A stretch of DNA of 54,538 nucleotides, filler included, from Squatina squatina (taxonomy: Eukaryota): assembly GCA_031763465.1 (NCBI GenBank). It is 3 parts of 3 records of this genome, joined end to end, with 100 filler letters (N's around TTAATTAATTAA, not from the genome) between each part and the next. Parts side by side here need not be neighbours in the genome. Positions count along the whole stretch, not along the records: positions 40,885 to 54,538 come from JARFOE010000222.1; 2 more parts are not named here. One strand, given 5' to 3'. Every line of letters begins with the position of its first letter. The stretch's first letter is position 1. The notes beneath the pieces were generated by a model. The model saw only the letters and a program-made list of their open reading frames with translations. It ran no database searches and was not told the origin of the DNA. This document shows, in pieces, positions 50,096 to 54,538 of this stretch. The position numbers and the translations under genes were made by a program.

Positions 50096-50654
50096 CATCA
50101 ACATCCTGGGGGTCAACGTTGGCAAGAAACTTAACTGAACCAGTCACAAACACTATGGCTACAAGAGCAGGTCAGAGGCTGGGTATCCTGTNNNNNNNNN
50201 NNNNNNNNNNNNNNNNNNNNNNNNNNNNNNNNNNNNNNNNNNNNNNNNNNNNNNNNNNNNNNNNNNNNNNNNNNNNNNNNNNNNNNNNNNNCTCTTCCTT
50301 ACCAAAGTGAAACTTACTCCAGAAGGCCGAAACTCATGCTGTTCCCCCTTCAAACTCTTTTTAATGCAGGTATAACCTTATTGACCAAAACTGCGGGAAA
50401 TACTCCAGAACTGGCCACGGCATTAATTTATTTAAAGTCATTATAACTTGTCACGACTTGAAAAAGTACCTTCCAGGCACTTCTCCATTCTCAATTTTGA
50501 CTTATCACTAACTCTTTTACACTGACTGGATGCTTTCAGGGTATAATATATGATTACTCCAAAGACTTTTGTAAATAACTTTTTCATCCCACCTTTTCTT
50601 ATTGTATACAGCCTTACTGCTGCCAGAGAATATATTACAGAGGATTGCATAGGA

Positions 50655-50925
50655 CATAGAGCACAGAAATAGGCTATTCGGCCCAACCACTTGATGTGAT
50701 TGTTTATGTTCCACTCCATCTTTCCTGATCTAACTCTATTTGCATAACTCTCTATTCCCTTCTCCCTCATCTGCTTACGTAGCCTTCCCTTAATTCATCT
50801 ACATCATTTGCTTCAACCACTCCCTGTGGTAGCGAGTTACACTTTCTCACCACTCTCTGGGTAACTAAGTTTCTTCTGAATTCTCTATTTGACTAACATA
50901 TATCGATGGCCTCCAGTTTTACTAA
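50655..50925 (-). mobile_element. CR1 3' end
   Basis: ctcaccactctctgggta and ttcaaccactccctgtggtagcgagtt (reverse complement of QRVVR...SLPQGVVEA). Confidence 0.75.
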
Positions 50926-51754
50926 AGATTTAAAAGATATGTATTAACCTATTTTCAATCCAAATTAACNNNNNNNNNNNNNNNNNNNNNNNNNNNNNNN
51001 NNNNNNNNNNNNNNNNNNNNNNNNNNNNNNNNNNNNNNNNNNNNNNNNNNNNNNNNNNNNNNNNNNNNNGTCCTGACTCCTGTCCACCATTTTGTTTCTG
51101 GCCTCCCCAGTGTCCACCATTTTGGACCGATTCTTACAGTAAGAACACAATGGGCTGCTTTTGGGAGCCTCCACACGGAGCACAAAATATGAAGCATTGA
51201 AACAGCCATTTAGAGGGTTCCAATTTGACATAAACAGAAGGGAAAAGAATTAAAGCTACACACTACGGGGCCAATAATGCGATGGCCGGTACCCAGTATG
51301 CTGAAGGTCATTGGGTGCTGATTCCTGATATTTTCAGGTGTGGAAGCTTGAGGCCTACCATACATCATATGCACTGCATATCTCTTCCACGTGTCCCATT
51401 AAGGACCCAGTTTAATTTAGGGGACTTCCTTATAATGTAACTAAAACCACAGTTTAATGCCCATTCGGGAGGGTGGAATTTGCTGCTGGCCTTTCCCTAA
51501 TAATAGGCAACCTTAATTTTTCCCATATTTCTTTTTAGTCTTCGATGGCCAGATGCATAAAAGGGACACAAGTCCTGAGCAGCTGTTGGGAGGTTAAAAA
51601 ATGGTAGCAATGTTTGGCAACCCGCAGCCCTATACTGTGATTGATTTTTTTTTTTTGTCTGGCCCCTGCCCCTGTGATGGTCCCGGTATGTTATTTGAAC
51701 CACTTTATTGGCCCCCATTTCTAACCAAAGGAGAATTCCTTGAAGTGCATGGGC

Positions 51755-52880
51755 ACATTTATGGATGGTGCCTTTATCGTGTTGATGCATGCAGTAAGGA
51801 AAAGCAAGATTACCTTAGTTAGAACTGAAATATACCCTCCTCAGAAGAGTTGTCCAAAACACTTTGCAGATAGCTGACAATGTGTTGCTCTCTGGAACAC
51901 ACAAGAGGACCTGACTCCAAATGTGGAAGAAAATGGTCGATCTGAGGGAAAAGTGCCAGGCAATGAAACCCAGCAGTTTTCTGTACCAAGTATTTGCCTC
52001 CAGTATGCATTATCTCCAAAAAAAAACTCTTAGCTGGTATCTGCAAAGCTTTCATGCAATCTTGTAGCCTTTTAATGGCTTAGAATGAATGGCCATGGAA
52101 CAGCATGGCACACACAAGCTGAAACTTGTTTCTGAAATTGTTGTCACACTGAAATCTTAATGAGGCTAAACACAGCAAATCCTTCCAGTATACCCCAGCC
52201 ACATGATGTGTGTTACTGACACACAGAATGGGCTGCAGGTGAGGCAGTAGGGAGTAGGGAATTTCGGCCACATAGTGTATTGAAATGCCAACTGTTTGAA
52301 GGTGATTCTTGAAGCCAGCGTTTGTTACATATGTCTTTGTTCACTCATTGTCTGGATAAGCAGCCGATGGCCAGCACCCTACATTATTCTCACCTATGTT
52401 TGCAAGCACCAATGCAGCTACACACATCTCAGAGGATGCAGATAGTAAGCTCGAGGAGGTAGCACAGTGACTCAGTGCAGAGGTGAAGAGGAGTAAATGG
52501 TACTGAGAGAAGGAGGAAGTACCTGCTGCCTGAATGGTCGAGCATATTATTATTGACATTGTACTTCAGAAAATCCGTCCAAAGAGGAAGGTGATTATAA
52601 TTTTTAATAACAATCAAACGTCTTCAAATTTGTAAAACTTAATTTTATTTTAAATTTTCCTCTGCAGATATGGAGTGTGAATCCTGGTCAGTTAGCTCTG
52701 ATCTAAAGCCAATCACACTGAAGCATGAAGCTCTCCTCTGTGATAGTAACTGTCTTGCTCCTTCTGTAACCTTAACAACCGCATCCATCTCCATGGTTGT
52801 AGACACTGCACTCGATGCGTACAAGGTGGATACAGCCCCTGTGATTGAACCAACTCTTGATGCAGTCCCAAATGTTCAGG
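51755..52880 (+). pseudogene. Decayed Myb/SANT-like (MSANTD-type) gene, probably from a PIF/Harbinger transposon
   Basis: FMDGAFIVLMHAVRKSKITL..., then after a frameshift QIADNVLLSGTHKRT*LQMWKKMVDL, resembles the FSDxxLxxLxxxV...WxxIAxxVN...RTxxQCRKKxxDL pattern. A downstream exon-like piece (52669-52880) has clean ag/gt borders. Confidence 0.5.
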
Positions 52881-53974
52881 TGAGGGGTACTCTACGTCTC
52901 TATATTTGTACTTTTGGGGCGCTCTCAATAATATCATGGGCTAAAAGAAAAAGGCCCTGGGTTTGAATCTGAGGCTATGCTGAATTTGCTGTTCTTTACT
53001 GAATAATTAATGATCCACCCTGAAAAGTACACATGTATGTAATTTGAGGCAAGAGTACAATTTGGCTTAGTGGTGATGCCTTTTGTAGTCACACAAGCTT
53101 GTTACTCTTGCTGCCTAGCCTCTAACATGATGAATGGCCTGTAAGGCATGGCACCAGAGGCCTCCCATGGGTCAGTGTTCCAGCACGATTTGACCTTCAG
53201 GAGAGGACAAAATTAGAAAAAAAAAGACCTCCTCGTTCCTTCTACATTAGTCATCATTCTGGAACAATTGGGATAGACAGCTAAGTCCAGTTGAAGAGTA
53301 AAATGTGAACAAGACAGCTTAATCTGTGAATCTGAATAATGCATGCTAAAACTCACCACAGCTGTGTATTAGATTTATTTTTACTTCAAAGGTTCCATAC
53401 GTCATTATAATAATATCAAGCTACAGACTTCTGTGTGACTTGACAATTAAAACGACTGTGCACTTGGCCAAAAGGAGGCATGCGTGCTGCATATTTAGAT
53501 GTCCAGTGCTTTGCCAGAAATTAGAACATAAGAGGAGGGTGAAATTCACCAGCACCCCATTTGGAACTGAGGCGGAGCACTGTCTGCTTCATTTCTGGGA
53601 TACACGTGCTCCGCTGACAGTGCTGACATCATCCAAGGTCAGGCCCCCACAATTAAAGGGGAGGGCCACCAGCCAAAAATGCAGCGCTCCGATGGCCGTC
53701 ACTGGGCCACCAGGGATGGCGATGATTGGCAAGCGGATGGCGAGCCGGCCAGGGTGAGGGCCGCCATCAGTCGGCCGACACAAAAGGATGGCGGCTGCTA
53801 GCGCTAACTGTGCTCTCCTTTAAGGGGTTGAGGCAATGCAAAGCTGTCATTGGCAGCGACGGCTGCAGCCCTTGTGCCCCGTGGGGGAATGTCACTCACG
53901 GGTGCACTGGGAGTGGTGAGGGGTCACGGCGGGGCAGTAAGGGTTTGGCGCGCCCTTAGATGGTATGGCACTGA

Positions 53975-54538
53975 GAAGTGCAGAGGAACAGAGGGACCTT
54001 GGAGTGCATGTCGATCCTTGAAGGTAGCAGGACAGGTAGATAAGGTGGTTAGGAAGGCATGCGGGATACTTTCCTTTATCAGCCAAGGCATAGAATATCA
54101 GAGCAAGGAGGTTATGCTTGAACAGTATAAAACACTAGTTAGGCCACAGCTAGAGTACTATGTCTAGTTCTGGTCACCACATTACAGGAAAGATGTGATT
54201 GTACTGGAGAGGGTACAGAGGAGATTTATGAGGATGGTGCCTGGACTGGAGAATTTTAGCTATGCGGAAAGATTGGATAGGCTGGGGTTGTTTTCATTGG
54301 AACGGAGGAGGTTGAGGGGAGACCTAATTGAGGTGTATAAAATGATGAGGGGCCTAGATAGAGTGGATAGGAAGGACCTAGTCCCCTTAGCAGAGGGATC
54401 AATAATCAGGGGGCATAGATTTAAATTAATTGGTAGGAGGTTTAGAGGGGATTTGAGGGTGATGGAGGTCTGGAACTCACTGCCTGAAAATGTGGTAGAG
54501 GCAGAAACCCTCATAATATTTAAAAACTAATTGGATGT
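53975..54538 (+). mobile_element. CR1-clade LINE ORF2 C-terminal fragment
   Basis: YKTLVRPQLEY...WSPHYRKD...LERVQRRFMRMVPGL...LGLFSLERRRLRGDLIEVYKMMRG...VWNSLP, with an in-frame stop and a deletion. Confidence 0.92.

Noticed and set aside
1000-51231. The many ORFs containing runs of X
   Set aside because: Their length comes from translated N gaps, not from real open frames.

Overview
Eukaryotic vertebrate DNA, very probably from a shark or other cartilaginous fish (inferred from the SacSINE1-like Deu SINEs, CR1/L2 LINEs and protein divergence). It comes from a fragmentary draft assembly of short contigs joined mostly by 100-N gaps. Two artificial TTAATTAATTAA linkers (20333-20344, 40829-40840) split the window into three unrelated scaffolds. 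Scaffold 1 (1-20288) samples a block syntenic with human 13q34: an 81-bp type IV collagen exon (COL4A2-like, +, absent from the ORF track), ING1 exon 2 with its PHD finger (+) and an ANKRD10 exon (-). Scaffold 2 (20389-40784) holds three consecutive ARHGAP32 PX-region exons (-) and an unassigned ~1 kb candidate coding exon. Scaffold 3 (40885-54538) is AT-rich non-coding DNA with a decayed Harbinger-type Myb/SANT gene and LINE fragments. Most listed ORFs are spurious (they span gaps, tandem repeats or TE debris). There is no CRISPR array, rRNA or true tRNA. The best leads are: a palindromic repeat with minimal hammerhead-ribozyme-like cores and stem covariation; a SINE tail that appears to supply the ING1 splice acceptor; the orphan large exon; a possible alternative ANKRD10 terminal exon; and minisatellites born from TE sequence. 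None is proven to be a new system from sequence alone.
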